64,000 nt of DNA, taken from the IMG/VR virus record IMGVR_UViG_3300037225_000744. One strand, given 5' to 3'. This DNA comes from an uncultured virus (IMG/VR IMGVR_UViG_3300037225_000744) (lineage: Duplodnaviria > Heunggongvirae > Uroviricota > Caudoviricetes). The notes under the pieces were generated by a model. The model was not told where the DNA came from and searched no databases. It saw only the letters and a list, made by a program, of their open reading frames with translations. Position 1 is the first letter of the stretch, and the number at the start of each line of letters is the position of its first letter. A program made the translations under genes and the position numbers. Below are positions 10,666 to 21,267 of the stretch, in pieces.

Positions 10666-11903
10666 AATTACTTAGATCTTCTTTTCTTTGTTAATACTTT
10701 TTCTGCATCTTCTTGATTCATTATCTTTTTATGCAATACTTCTACTTCATTTTTCTCATTAGCAGAAAATTCTCTTCCACTAATAGAATTCAATTCATCC
10801 AATCTTTTAATTCTTCTACTGTTCTTTCTACCTGGAAAATTTTTAACCTTCATTTTTTATCTCCTCCACATTTAAATACCCTTGGATACTTAAATTAATT
10901 TTTCTTCATACATAATATATACACTATCACCAGATCCATATATATACTTTATTTCAATACCCTTATTTTCTTCTAACCATTCATTTATTTCATTTGAGGG
11001 TGGTACACCAGTATTACAATCAAAAAAATATTTAAACTTCATAATTATACCTCCTTTTCTACCAAATTCTTTTCTACTAATGGCTTATACATGCGTTCTT
11101 TAATTTTTACTATTTGCTCCTGAATCCTATTTACTTCTTTATCAGTCAAATCATCATACCCAACACAATTTTCTGATACCACCATCTTATCGAAATACCC
11201 TCTCAATATTTCTTTTGCTTTATCTTTTGGTGAGCCTTTTTCACCAGTTTTAAGTTTAATCATTTTAATCCTCCTAAATTATTTTATTTAATAAATTATT
11301 AATTAATTTACCTTTTTGTCTATTCCCTATAATAGCTGATACAAAATCTTTTTTTGTCATATACCCCCAATTATTAAAATATATAGAACTAATAGTTAAA
11401 AAATTATCCACTATTTTAATCATATTTTTTTCTGATTTTATACTATTGCATTTTTCCTTATTTTCTACAAGCCATACTAATCCCTTTATTTTATTTTTTA
11501 ATTCTTGTATGTCATTCTCTTTACTATCTATTTTATTATGTAAAACAGATATAGTCATATTTAATTCAATAACTTTTTCTTTTAATTTTTTATCAAACAT
11601 TATTTATCTCCTAATCTGTTTTATTTTCTAAATAAACTTCTTTTGAAACTTTTTCTACTTTAACTTTATCAAAAAAATTATCAACTAAATCTTGAGCTTT
11701 TTTAATTACATCCTTTTTAGACTTATTTTTTAATTCTTCTTGCTGTAAAAAATATGAAAAATGCTTTATCAAAATTCTTATATTAGAATAAGGATTCATA
11801 TCATACTGTTTACATTGCATTTTAATAGGTAACAATGCTATTTTATCAGGATTAGTTAAAGATTCACATAATATATATTCATAATCTTCAAATTTCATAT
11901 AAA

Positions 11904-12407
11904 TTAACCTAAATTATTTTCTTTAATTATTCTTTGTAACCAAGCATCTCTTTGTTCTTTACTCATATCTTCTCTTGTTATTAAATCTTTATATCCATCT
12001 AATAAGGTATGAAAATATCTACATCCTATAAAAGCATTCGTCATATCATGCTTTAAATCTGGTCTTTCATTTCTTGATAATATATGAACTGTATCTAAAA
12101 CATTTGATAATAATTCATATTCATATTTAAAATTATCCCCTATATATTTCTTTTCTTCATCAGTTAATATTTTCCAAATTAAACATTCTTTATCTCTTTC
12201 TAATAACAATTTCCTAAATACTAAATCTTTTGAATCTTCTTTATTGATATTATTATTTAGTACATCTATTTGTTTATTTAAATATTTTTCATAACATTTT
12301 TCTTGCTTCCATTCCTTTAAACAATTTCTACTTAGTATATTATGAAAAAAACATTTTTTGTCCTTACAATTATTTTGAAATAATTTAAAATCTAAAATAT
12401 TACTCAA
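11904..12407 (-). CDS. HNH-like nuclease-fold protein
   Basis: ERDKECL...LDTVHILSR...NAFIGCRYFH pattern. Confidence 0.5.
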   Translation of the reverse strand: MSNILDFKLFQNNCKDKKCFFHNILSRNCLKEWKQEKCYEKYLNKQIDVLNNNINKEDSKDLVFRKLLLERDKECLIWKILTDEEKKYIGDNFKYEYELLSNVLDTVHILSRNERPDLKHDMTNAFIGCRYFHTLLDGYKDLITREDMSKEQRDAWLQRIIKENNLG

Positions 12408-12423
12408 TCTGTTTTCCTTTTAT

Positions 12424-12467
12424 AAAAAATTCCTTCCCTTGAACCGACAATAGATTCAAAGGAAGGA
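12424..12467 (-). terminator. Intrinsic terminator
   Basis: 13-bp stem 12431-12443/12455-12467 (one G-U on the minus strand) followed by six U on the minus strand (12429-12424). Confidence 0.75.
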
Positions 12468-12520
12468 TAAGAACATCTGGAGGTTGACTTTATGAAAAAT
12501 TAACTCCTATACACCTTACA
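12424..12520 (-). ncRNA. Candidate ~95-nt small RNA
   Basis: Bounded by promoter motif (12537-12525) and terminator; no ORF on the transcribed strand. Confidence 0.45.
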
Positions 12521-12561
12521 TTAATAATATATAAAAAACTTTTATTAATATTTATATTTTT

Positions 12562-13926
12562 TTATGCACTTTCATCTACTGTACCACATACTGGGCAAGT
12601 AAAAACTGATGAAGGAAATAAAGTTTGAATATTTGAATCTACATAAGTACAACCTTCTTTTGAACAAGGTAAAGCATCTTGTACGTTTATATAAGCAGGC
12701 ACTTTATTACCAAATGTTTTAATAGAATCAACTAAATTCTTTTTTTCCTTATCAGACAACTTATCAAAATTAGGAAAATTTAGTTTGCATAAATCTTCTA
12801 TTGATTTTTCTGTTTTAACTTCTTCAGGTGCTTTCTGCCTTGTTTTTACAGGTTCTTCTTTTTTAACTTCTACTTTTACTTCAGTTTTAACTGGCTCTTC
12901 TTCTTTAGTTTCTAAAGGTTTCTTAGCATCATTTTCTGTTTTTTCTTTTGCTACTAATGCTTTAAGTTCTATTTCAAAATTAGTATTTAATTCAAGATCA
13001 GTCATTCTAAATAAACCTATTAAATTCTTTTCTAATTTTAAATAACTACAATTAACAAATAATTTATCCAAATCATACAATATATAATTCATTTCTAAAT
13101 CTATTAAAGGTTCATCGTTTCCTAATGCTTTTGTTGCTGGATCAATTTTATCTTCCCTAATATCCCTTACATTATAAGCATCGGATATATTCTCAGAATT
13201 TTTTCTAATAACAATATCCAAATCCCAATTTTTTCTATAAAGACATACTGATTGCATTATTTTAGAATATAATAATGCTGGAATACCACAATCAGGATAT
13301 AATATAGGATTACCATTATCATCTGCTTTTCCTTTACCTACTTTAGAACTTAAAAGTTTTGTATGATTATTATCTTTACACCAACTATCTTGACGATCAA
13401 TAACATTCATTAAAACACGTTCTCTAGGATAAAATTTACATGGATATTTATCATCCTTTTTTGAATTCTCTTGAACTCTTTTAAAACATGCTTTTCCTTC
13501 ATTTACAAATTTATACTCCCCATCATATCCTTTATCGTTCTTATGACCATCAGAATATTTAATAAATTTCTTTTCCATAATTGTCTTATGAAGTTTAAAA
13601 AGAATCCAATCCTCATCTAATTCATACCCTTTTTCAGTCTTCTTAGAAGGCCAATTAACTTGAATAGCAGTATCTCCTTTATCTGTTACTATCTTATCTG
13701 AACGAAAAACTACTTTAGGATCTGTTGATAATTCTCTAAAAATAATTGGATTACCTATAATACGATAAACCATTTCTTTTTTACTTTCTAATCCAGTCCA
13801 TTCAATTTTTTCTCGATCTTCCCAATTACTATTTCCTCCTTTTCTTTTTTCGTCCTTTTCTTTCTGAACTTCTTCATTAAGTCTAACAGCTTCAGCAAAT
13901 AATTCTTCTCGCGTCTTGTTACCCAT
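12562..13926 (-). CDS. Putative ssDNA-binding protein (gp32-like)
   Basis: YPRERVLMNVIDR and DLDIVIRK...YNV elements, charged linker, C-terminal CPVCG; located in the recombination arm. Confidence 0.55.
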   Translation of the reverse strand: MGNKTREELFAEAVRLNEEVQKEKDEKRKGGNSNWEDREKIEWTGLESKKEMVYRIIGNPIIFRELSTDPKVVFRSDKIVTDKGDTAIQVNWPSKKTEKGYELDEDWILFKLHKTIMEKKFIKYSDGHKNDKGYDGEYKFVNEGKACFKRVQENSKKDDKYPCKFYPRERVLMNVIDRQDSWCKDNNHTKLLSSKVGKGKADDNGNPILYPDCGIPALLYSKIMQSVCLYRKNWDLDIVIRKNSENISDAYNVRDIREDKIDPATKALGNDEPLIDLEMNYILYDLDKLFVNCSYLKLEKNLIGLFRMTDLELNTNFEIELKALVAKEKTENDAKKPLETKEEEPVKTEVKVEVKKEEPVKTRQKAPEEVKTEKSIEDLCKLNFPNFDKLSDKEKKNLVDSIKTFGNKVPAYINVQDALPCSKEGCTYVDSNIQTLFPSSVFTCPVCGTVDESA

Positions 13927-14002
13927 AATCTTTACCTCTTTTTCATTGCCCTCATAGAGAGCTAAAATTTTAGGAATAATTTATTCCTATTTATTAGTAA
14001 AA

Positions 14003-14647
14003 GTGAACTACCCAACCCTAAAGGGCTTGGGCTTCTGAAGTCATCAAATACTCACTTGCATTCAAAAAAGAGTCTTTAAATGTAGAGGTTTTCTCCTCGT
14101 TCAGCAATGACTTGATAGGTTCCCTACCAAGAATTTTTAAGCCTTCATTAAGAATATTTTTTGCAGAATGAGTATCCCTATCACAAGAATAACCACAACT
14201 ACAAGAATATATTCGATCTTCTAAGCTATGCTTATTAAGACTTCCACAATTGGGGCATAATTGTGTTGAAGTAAAGAACCTACTAATCATAAGTGTTTCT
14301 GGATGTATTCTTAATCCAGCCTTTATTCCACCCATAATTGAATATTGAACTCTTCTTCCAAAGCCTTTCATTTTACTCGCGTGCCAAGCTTTTAAATTTT
14401 CATCTTGTATTACAACGACATCATTTTCCCTTACAAGTTTTGATACAAATTTATTTTTAGCATCCTTTTTCTTATTGTCTAATTTTTCATGAGCAATAAT
14501 TAGTTTTTTATAAGTTTTTCTTCTTTTAACTGTTCCTTTCTTTGCTTTATTGAATTGTCTACTTGCTTGCTTAATTTGTTTTGTTTCTGAAAATTGAAAA
14601 TTATACTTATCACCTTCTGATGTTACTAAGGTAACATTTTTATACAC
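14003..14647 (-). pseudogene. tnpB: 5'-truncated TnpB element E4 with intact right end
   Basis: Similarity to E2 begins at about VTSEGDKYNFQF, just after RuvC-I; keeps QDE, CPNCG and DRDTHSAKNI; right end GAAG-hairpin-TAGTTCAC ends at 14003. Confidence 0.88.
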
Positions 14648-15178
14648 CTATATTAGGGAATTCATTTTCATCAAACCATTTCCCCCACTCGTTAATATTA
14701 AATAAAAAATCAGAATCAAACCCTAGATTTAATAATTCTTTTTGTGTTACAAAATGTCTTTCAAATTTCTCTTTACATTTTATACAATAGCCACTAACTA
14801 CAAAATCAGTAGATGAATACGTAAACCTTTTTATTCTATTAATTACAACATTATGCGTACCATGAACTGTAAATATTTTTAAAAATTTTTTAGGTTTCAT
14901 AAAACAAGTATTACTAGTAGTAGCGGTAGCATTATAAAATAATGTATAATTAAAATTCATACCTACTCCTCAATAACATTTACATAATTTTTTACTATTT
15001 CTATTATTTTTTCTCTTCCTTCATATCTAGAGATAGCATCATCTATTTCATCCAAAATTTTCTTCCTTAATAACAAATCATGCTTGACATAAATAATTAC
15101 TCTACCTATGATTGTAGATGTAGTATCTGATTCGTGAATAATTATTTCAACATCTTCCATATTTAACCTCTGTTAATA

Positions 15179-15949
15179 TTAATCTCCTCGTTTTACATTC
15201 CTGAAAAAATTAAACTCAGTTTGAGGAATACCTGCCATTACTCTATCTTTTTCCTCTAATAATATTTCACGAAATGATTCACAAGGTTCATTCTCTATTC
15301 CCTTTTCGATCCGTTCTCTTATAATTTGATCTCTATAAGCAAATAAGTCTGCATTATCTATAATAGCTTGTTTTCTTCGTTCTATTTCATCTGGATCATT
15401 ATCAAGTTCTTCCCTACTAGTATATACTTTATATTTAACTTTTTCTTTTTTTGGTTCTGGTATTATATTATTTTCAATACTTTGAGTTTTAACTATAGAA
15501 CTATTTTCTAAAGGTATATTTTTTGGTAATACTTGAGAATTTATTAATTGCTCCACCATTAATTTCATTTTTTCTACTTCTCCTCTTAACAAAGTAATTT
15601 CTTTTACTTTAGCTTCTTTAGGTTGTATTTCTCCTTTTTCAATTCTAAACATTCTATACACTTGAGAAATAGTTTTTTGTGAAAAATCTATAGATTTATG
15701 AGTATCAACATAATCAAAAACAAATATATATTTCATTGTCATAGTTTTGCTAATATGTAATTCTTTCTTAGTGAATTTAAAGAATTCTATATCACCTACT
15801 TCTTGTTGTTTTTCTATCAAAAATTCTCCCAATTCAACAACTTTTTGTAATTGTTGATACTGACTATTTTTAGCTGCTATTTTTAATTCCTTAGCTTTCT
15901 CTTTCTCATTATTAAAATCTTCTATTAATTGAGACATTTGTTTATTCAT
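15179..15949 (-). CDS. DUF3102-like protein
   Basis: VELGEFLIEKQ...EFFKFTKKELHISKTMTMKYI pattern. Confidence 0.5.
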   Translation of the reverse strand: MNKQMSQLIEDFNNEKEKAKELKIAAKNSQYQQLQKVVELGEFLIEKQQEVGDIEFFKFTKKELHISKTMTMKYIFVFDYVDTHKSIDFSQKTISQVYRMFRIEKGEIQPKEAKVKEITLLRGEVEKMKLMVEQLINSQVLPKNIPLENSSIVKTQSIENNIIPEPKKEKVKYKVYTSREELDNDPDEIERRKQAIIDNADLFAYRDQIIRERIEKGIENEPCESFREILLEEKDRVMAGIPQTEFNFFRNVKRGD

Positions 15950-16162
15950 TTCTCTTCTCCTTATAATTACTTAATTTTTATAAAATACAAATAATATATA
16001 ATTATTCCAAAAATAATAGTAAAACTATATCTAAAAATAACAGCTTCTTTATTTTTATCTAAAAAAATAGCAAATAGAGTAGTAATTACAAACCACCCTA
16101 AAACATAAAAAATGGTATACTTTTCCATAATTTTTCTCCTTACAAAATAATATATAAAAAAA

Positions 16163-16363
16163 TTAAAACTTATTTACTATTTTTTTATCTACATTTCCAA
16201 AAATTTCAATGAATGGTAAATAATCCCTACACTTTTCATCTTTATTCTTATTCTTACAAAGATCAAAATTCTTCTCATCTGATGAATTCTTATTTTTAAT
16301 ACTTTTTAAGCAACAACCATCATAAAGAATATAAACACAATTAAAACAATACACTTTTTTCAC
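16163..16363 (-). CDS. Small Cys-rich protein (paralog of 4321..4527)
   Basis: KKVYCFNCV...CKNKN...CRDY. Confidence 0.6.
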   Translation of the reverse strand: MKKVYCFNCVYILYDGCCLKSIKNKNSSDEKNFDLCKNKNKDEKCRDYLPFIEIFGNVDKKIVNKF

Positions 16364-16477
16364 ATAACTGCCTATTCACTACTATTAATTATTAGTACTT
16401 TTAAAAAATTTTTTATATATTAATCTAATAAGATTTTTATTTCTTACTAATAAATAAGAAAAATTTTAATTTAGGAG
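16364..16477. promoter_or_regulatory. Divergent promoter region at the strand switch
   Basis: TACTAATAA on minus (16389-16397), TTTTTATATATTA on plus (16410-16422), TACTAATAA on plus (16445-16453). Confidence 0.65.
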
Positions 16478-16972
16478 ATGATTATGGCAGGTGGAAAGAA
16501 GAAAAGAGGAAAAATTAACAAGATTCAGAAAGAACAAATAGCAATAAGAAAAGAAGAAGAACAAATAGTTAGATCTATTCAAGAGGATATTTTATTGTAT
16601 AAAAAATTATCTATTATAGATCAGTATAAAATACTATTCGATGATTCTCCTGTAATAAACTCAAATATGAATCTTATGACTAGAATAATTAGACCTATTT
16701 TTTATGATGAAGTATCTAAAAAATGGCAATGTTCTTTCTCATCAAAAGAAGAATACAAAGAATATGTAGTAGGGCCAATAGAACAAATGATTAATACTGC
16801 TGTACCAGAAGATCAAAAAGAAAGTATTACTAAAATTATTGAAGCACTTAAAAATTGGTTCACTACTAAAGTAGATGTGGATTGTGCAAATCCTTTATTT
16901 ATTTTTCATGTAAAAGAAGAAACTAAACAAGTAGTTAATAAAGAACAGAAAGTAGAACAAGTCATACAATAG
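16478..16972 (+). CDS. Hypothetical protein
   Basis: ORF track; RBS AGGAG. Confidence 0.65.
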   Translation: MIMAGGKKKRGKINKIQKEQIAIRKEEEQIVRSIQEDILLYKKLSIIDQYKILFDDSPVINSNMNLMTRIIRPIFYDEVSKKWQCSFSSKEEYKEYVVGPIEQMINTAVPEDQKESITKIIEALKNWFTTKVDVDCANPLFIFHVKEETKQVVNKEQKVEQVIQ

Positions 16973-17008
16973 TTTTTTATATATTACATTAATATAGGGG
17001 TTATTTCT

Positions 17009-17167
17009 ATGTATAATTCTATTACTACATACGTATGCAAAGAATGTGGAAAAATATTTCAACCGTGCGGGGGATGCCCTAATTGTTATTCAAGGAACGT
17101 AACCCCTATATTTAATTGTTTAACTAAAGAACAACTGGAAAGTTTTATAGAAGGAGAAAGAATATGA
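17009..17167 (+). CDS. Small zinc-ribbon protein (52 aa)
   Basis: Manual translation MYNSITTYVCKECGKIFQPCGGCPNCYSRNV...; promoter motif at 16974. Confidence 0.6.
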   Translation: MYNSITTYVCKECGKIFQPCGGCPNCYSRNVTPIFNCLTKEQLESFIEGERI

Positions 17168-17310
17168 AAAAACAGGAAATAGCTGAATATAGAAAATTAA
17201 GACAAATTATTTATGATTTTGATAGTTATTCTTGTAGCTCTTTTCGAGATAGTATACAACTAGAATTATGTGATTTAAGATATAATTTGAAAAAATGGTT
17301 TAATGATGCT

Positions 17311-17590
17311 GTCAACTACCTCGGAGCTGAAGACTCCAAGGCTTGCAAGGTGACTTGCAACGATTAAAAGAGTTGATTAGGGAGCAAAATAAGGAGGTTA
17401 ATATTTTGCAGAAGTTATCAGGAAAGTTAAAGAACACATCAGGGGATACTTCACTAGTTCCTTGCTCTGTAAATCCTTCATTAAACAAAGAGGAAACTCT
17501 TAGTGTGTTGGATATAGTACGGACTGATAACAATCCCGAAGTGAATCATCAGCAACATATAGCTGATCAGAACTTGAGAGTATCTGATAT
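17311..17590 (+). ncRNA. IscB omegaRNA scaffold (3' boundary approximate)
   Basis: Blocks GTCAACTACC, gttgattag, ttaaaca.ag, ctcagtgt/cttagtgt and aacaa.c.cga are shared with the elements at 26597 and 47469. Confidence 0.8.
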
Positions 17591-18773
17591 TGTATATGTA
17601 AAAAATTTACGAGGCAATCCTTTAATGTCTTGTAGACAACAAAAAAGTAGAAAACTTTTAAAGGAAGGAAAAGCAAAAGTAGTTAAAAGAAGTCCTTTCA
17701 CAATTCAGCTATTAATCCCTACAGGAGAAACAAAACAAGATATCACATTAGGAATTGACACAGGATATGGTAATATTGGTTTTTCAGCAAGAACAAAAAA
17801 ATCAGAATTAATTTCTGGAACTTTAAAATTAGATGAAAGAACATCAGAAAGATTATTAGAAAGAAGAATGTATAGAAGGAATAGAAGGAACAAACTTTGG
17901 TATAGAAAATGGAAAGGAAATAAAAATATTATTAAAGGATGGTTAGCTCCCTCTGTATTAAGGAGATACCAAACACATTTAAGTTTAATTGAAAGAATTA
18001 AAAAACTACTACCTGTTAGTAAAATAATTCTAGAAATTGCAAAATTTGATATTCAAAAAATGGAGAATTCTGAAATAAAAGGAAGGAGATACCAACAAGG
18101 AAATATGTATGAGTATCAAAGTATAAGAAGTTATTTAATGAGTAGAGAAAAAGGTTTATGTGAACACTGCAAGAAAGATTTTAAAGATAATCCTTCTCAT
18201 ATACATCACAGAAAACCAAGAAGCAAAAAAGGTTCAGATAGACTTGGAAATCTAATGTTAATACATAAAAAATGTCATGAAGAAATCCATAAAAATCCTG
18301 AGTTGTTAAAGAAATATCAGATAGCTTCAACAAAAGAATATAAACAATCTATTTTTATGAATATCATAAACAAAAGATTTTATAATGATATTCCAAATTT
18401 AGAAGTAACTTATGGTAATATAACCTTTGTTAATAGAAATAAGTTAGGTTTAGAAAAAACACATTTTAATGATGCTTTTATAATTACAGGTGGAACTACT
18501 CAGGAAAGAACCAAGCCTTTAGAAATAATACAAAAGCATAGAAACAATAGAGTATTACAGTTAAATAGGAAAGGTTTTAAACCAAGTATTAAAAGAGAAA
18601 AGTCAAAAGTTAATCCAGGTGATCTATTTTGGGTTGGGAAAACTAAATATATTTGTAAAGGAATGTTTAATTACGGAAGATATATTTCTTATGGAAGTAC
18701 AAAGTTGAAAGAATATTTTAAATTTTCTGATGTTGAAAAAATTTTTAAATTTGGAGGATTAGTATGGAATTAA
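17406..18773 (+). CDS. iscB: IscB RNA-guided endonuclease
   Basis: PLMS (PLMP-like), RuvC-I GIDTG, Arg-rich bridge helix, RuvC-II LEIAKFD, HNH with CxxC, RuvC-III THFNDA; likely TTG start at 17406 after AAGGAGG. Confidence 0.95.
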   Translation: MQKLSGKLKNTSGDTSLVPCSVNPSLNKEETLSVLDIVRTDNNPEVNHQQHIADQNLRVSDIVYVKNLRGNPLMSCRQQKSRKLLKEGKAKVVKRSPFTIQLLIPTGETKQDITLGIDTGYGNIGFSARTKKSELISGTLKLDERTSERLLERRMYRRNRRNKLWYRKWKGNKNIIKGWLAPSVLRRYQTHLSLIERIKKLLPVSKIILEIAKFDIQKMENSEIKGRRYQQGNMYEYQSIRSYLMSREKGLCEHCKKDFKDNPSHIHHRKPRSKKGSDRLGNLMLIHKKCHEEIHKNPELLKKYQIASTKEYKQSIFMNIINKRFYNDIPNLEVTYGNITFVNRNKLGLEKTHFNDAFIITGGTTQERTKPLEIIQKHRNNRVLQLNRKGFKPSIKREKSKVNPGDLFWVGKTKYICKGMFNYGRYISYGSTKLKEYFKFSDVEKIFKFGGLVWN

Positions 18774-18900
18774 AAGACAAGGTTTCATCCACGAAGCTAA
18801 AGACTTCGTGGTTTTCACCTCAAAATTTTTATAAAATTTGAATCAAGTAATTTAAAAGAACTTACAGAAGATAAATCTTTTAGATTTAATTTAACTATTA

Positions 18901-20784
18901 ATGAAAATACAAGAATATAATCCTTTCCGAAAAATCCCAGATGATAGTTATATATCTATTAGGGATTTTAATGAAATACTTGAATTATGGCCTACTTATC
19001 TATATAAATGTGGGCTAGACCCTTATGTTACAAAATATTCAGAAGAAATAGTTATATGGGATCAAATAAATAATTGTTTTAAAATTCAATGGAATAATGT
19101 TTATACAGAAGAAAAAAGTAATTTTACATATTCAAAAATTAAAAAAAGAGGTATGCATGTTGAAGAGGATTTAAAAAAACATTTAGGATTAGTTGATCGT
19201 CAAATATCTAAATATTTAAAATATGTACCTGATAATATTAGTAAACAATCTATAATTGAAGCTTCTAAAATAAGTGGATGTGATATGGATACTTCTGTTA
19301 TGAAATACACATATTGTATGATTATAGATGTAGATTGTCATGAGAGAAGTAAAGAAAAAGATAATATTTATTTTGAAACTTTAAAAACTTTATATAAGCA
19401 TATACCACTATCTAGCAATTGGCAAATGGATGTAAGATGTGATGGAGGATTAGGAGCACACATATATATAAAATTTGATAAATGTGTAGAATTAGATCAA
19501 ATTAAAGAATTTAAAAATCAATTTAATAAATTATATGAAAATAAAAAATATGTAATAGAAACTCCTAATACAATTAGATTACCATTCAGTAGAAAATATA
19601 ATATACTTATTAATAATAAAAGAAATATTTTATATTATATCAATAGAAAAAAGTTTGCTTTTATACCAAATGTATTGAATTTTATAAAAAATGTAGATAA
19701 TTATATAGAAAAACCTTTATCCAAAATTGAATTTGATAATATTATAAATGAATTAAAAGAAAAAAATAAAGAAAATAGTATCCAAAAAAATATTATTCCT
19801 TTTATTAAACAAGATTCCTGCTATCAAAAGAAAAGAAATTTAAGTAATAAAAATATAAAAAATTTAGAAATATTTAAATCTATTAAAGTGGGATGTGGGA
19901 CAAGACATGAAGGACTTCATGATTTAGTACGCTATGGTGGAAAATATTTAAATATGTCTATAAATCATCTTATTCAACATACTTTATTAATTGATACAGG
20001 ATCTAAAGATATTGCGGGAGCTAAAAATAAATATAAATATTTATATAAACAATTTAATACTAGATTCAATTCAATGCATATACAAAATAATAATTCTTCT
20101 TCTAATATAGAAGATAATATAGAATGGGTAGATACTATAAAACCCGATAATTTTATTTCAAATATGCAATATGTTCCTGAATATTTTAAAATCTTTATTA
20201 ATACAAAACAAACTCAAGAAATAATATATAAAGAAATAAAAAAAAATATATTAAAAAAAATAAATTCTTTCAAAGATTATCAAATAGTAGTACCTATTAT
20301 TATTCAAGAAGGAATAGGGAAATTAATATATGAATTAAATAATGAAAAGAAAATAAAAGATACAATTATTTTAAATAAAAAAAATAAAGAAAAAGCTTTA
20401 AAAGGATTTTATTTTAGTAATTCTATGCTATTACAATTAAAAGATTCATTAGAATATAAAAAAGGAAATATAGATTTTAGAAAAGCATATTTAATAGCTT
20501 TAAAATGTTTTAATTTATTTAAACAAAATATGATAAATACTCAAGGATATTATAATTTAGCTACTTTTAAAGCATGTAAACATTATATGTTAAATACTAA
20601 TGATAGTATAAATAAAAATAATATAAATATTAAGTTATTTAATATAATTAATAACATATATCATAATATAAATAATATATATTCTTTTTTATTTTCTATT
20701 ATGCTTAAACATTTTGAAGTAGATTTAGTTAGTAATATGATTTTTGATAAGAGAATATTAAAATTATCAGAAGGATTTGGTTAA
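18901..20784 (+). CDS. AEP-superfamily primase-polymerase/Rep-like protein
   Basis: IIDVDCH (DxD), GLGAHIY, IRLPFS, later GTRHEGL PriCT-like motif. Confidence 0.6.
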   Translation: MKIQEYNPFRKIPDDSYISIRDFNEILELWPTYLYKCGLDPYVTKYSEEIVIWDQINNCFKIQWNNVYTEEKSNFTYSKIKKRGMHVEEDLKKHLGLVDRQISKYLKYVPDNISKQSIIEASKISGCDMDTSVMKYTYCMIIDVDCHERSKEKDNIYFETLKTLYKHIPLSSNWQMDVRCDGGLGAHIYIKFDKCVELDQIKEFKNQFNKLYENKKYVIETPNTIRLPFSRKYNILINNKRNILYYINRKKFAFIPNVLNFIKNVDNYIEKPLSKIEFDNIINELKEKNKENSIQKNIIPFIKQDSCYQKKRNLSNKNIKNLEIFKSIKVGCGTRHEGLHDLVRYGGKYLNMSINHLIQHTLLIDTGSKDIAGAKNKYKYLYKQFNTRFNSMHIQNNNSSSNIEDNIEWVDTIKPDNFISNMQYVPEYFKIFINTKQTQEIIYKEIKKNILKKINSFKDYQIVVPIIIQEGIGKLIYELNNEKKIKDTIILNKKNKEKALKGFYFSNSMLLQLKDSLEYKKGNIDFRKAYLIALKCFNLFKQNMINTQGYYNLATFKACKHYMLNTNDSINKNNINIKLFNIINNIYHNINNIYSFLFSIMLKHFEVDLVSNMIFDKRILKLSEGFG

Positions 20785-20865
20785 ATTGTTGTTTTTTAAT
20801 TTGAAAATTACTAATAATTATAAAAGAATGATAATTGTTTTGAACAATAACATTAGAGGTTTGTA

Positions 20866-21267
20866 GTGAATCGTTATATTGACGAGTTAATTAAAAAGAC
20901 AGGTAAATCTAAAGATACTATACTTAAAGTATGGGCAATGGCTCAAAGAATATCAAAAGATTTAGAACAAGAAAAGAATGAACCTTATATTTTAGCTACT
21001 GCAAAAGTTATATTAGGATTGAAAGAGCAATCTGAATATGAAAAATCAGATAATAAATTACTATGTAGCATTTTTGAAAATGGATGCTATAAAACTTTTA
21101 ATTCAATGATGGAAGCATTAGGATATCAGCAAGTAGATGAAGAATTAACTTCTCAATCAATACCTCAGAATTCACGACCAGAACAAAATAAAGAAACTGT
21201 AGTTATTCGTTCTATGCCAAAAGATAGGGTAACAAAAGATGGTAGGGGTATTAAAGTTAAGAAATAA
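20866..21267 (+). CDS. Hypothetical protein, possibly head-associated
   Basis: First gene after TACTAATAA at 20809. Confidence 0.55.
   Translation: MNRYIDELIKKTGKSKDTILKVWAMAQRISKDLEQEKNEPYILATAKVILGLKEQSEYEKSDNKLLCSIFENGCYKTFNSMMEALGYQQVDEELTSQSIPQNSRPEQNKETVVIRSMPKDRVTKDGRGIKVKK

Larger units (their letters stand above)
17311..18830 (+). mobile_element. IscB element I1 (omegaRNA plus IscB), no tnpA
   Basis: Starts GTCAACTACC-hairpin; right hairpin ccacgaagctaaagacttcgtgg; followed by ATAAA (18831); removal restores a 78-aa ORF from 17164. Confidence 0.92.
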
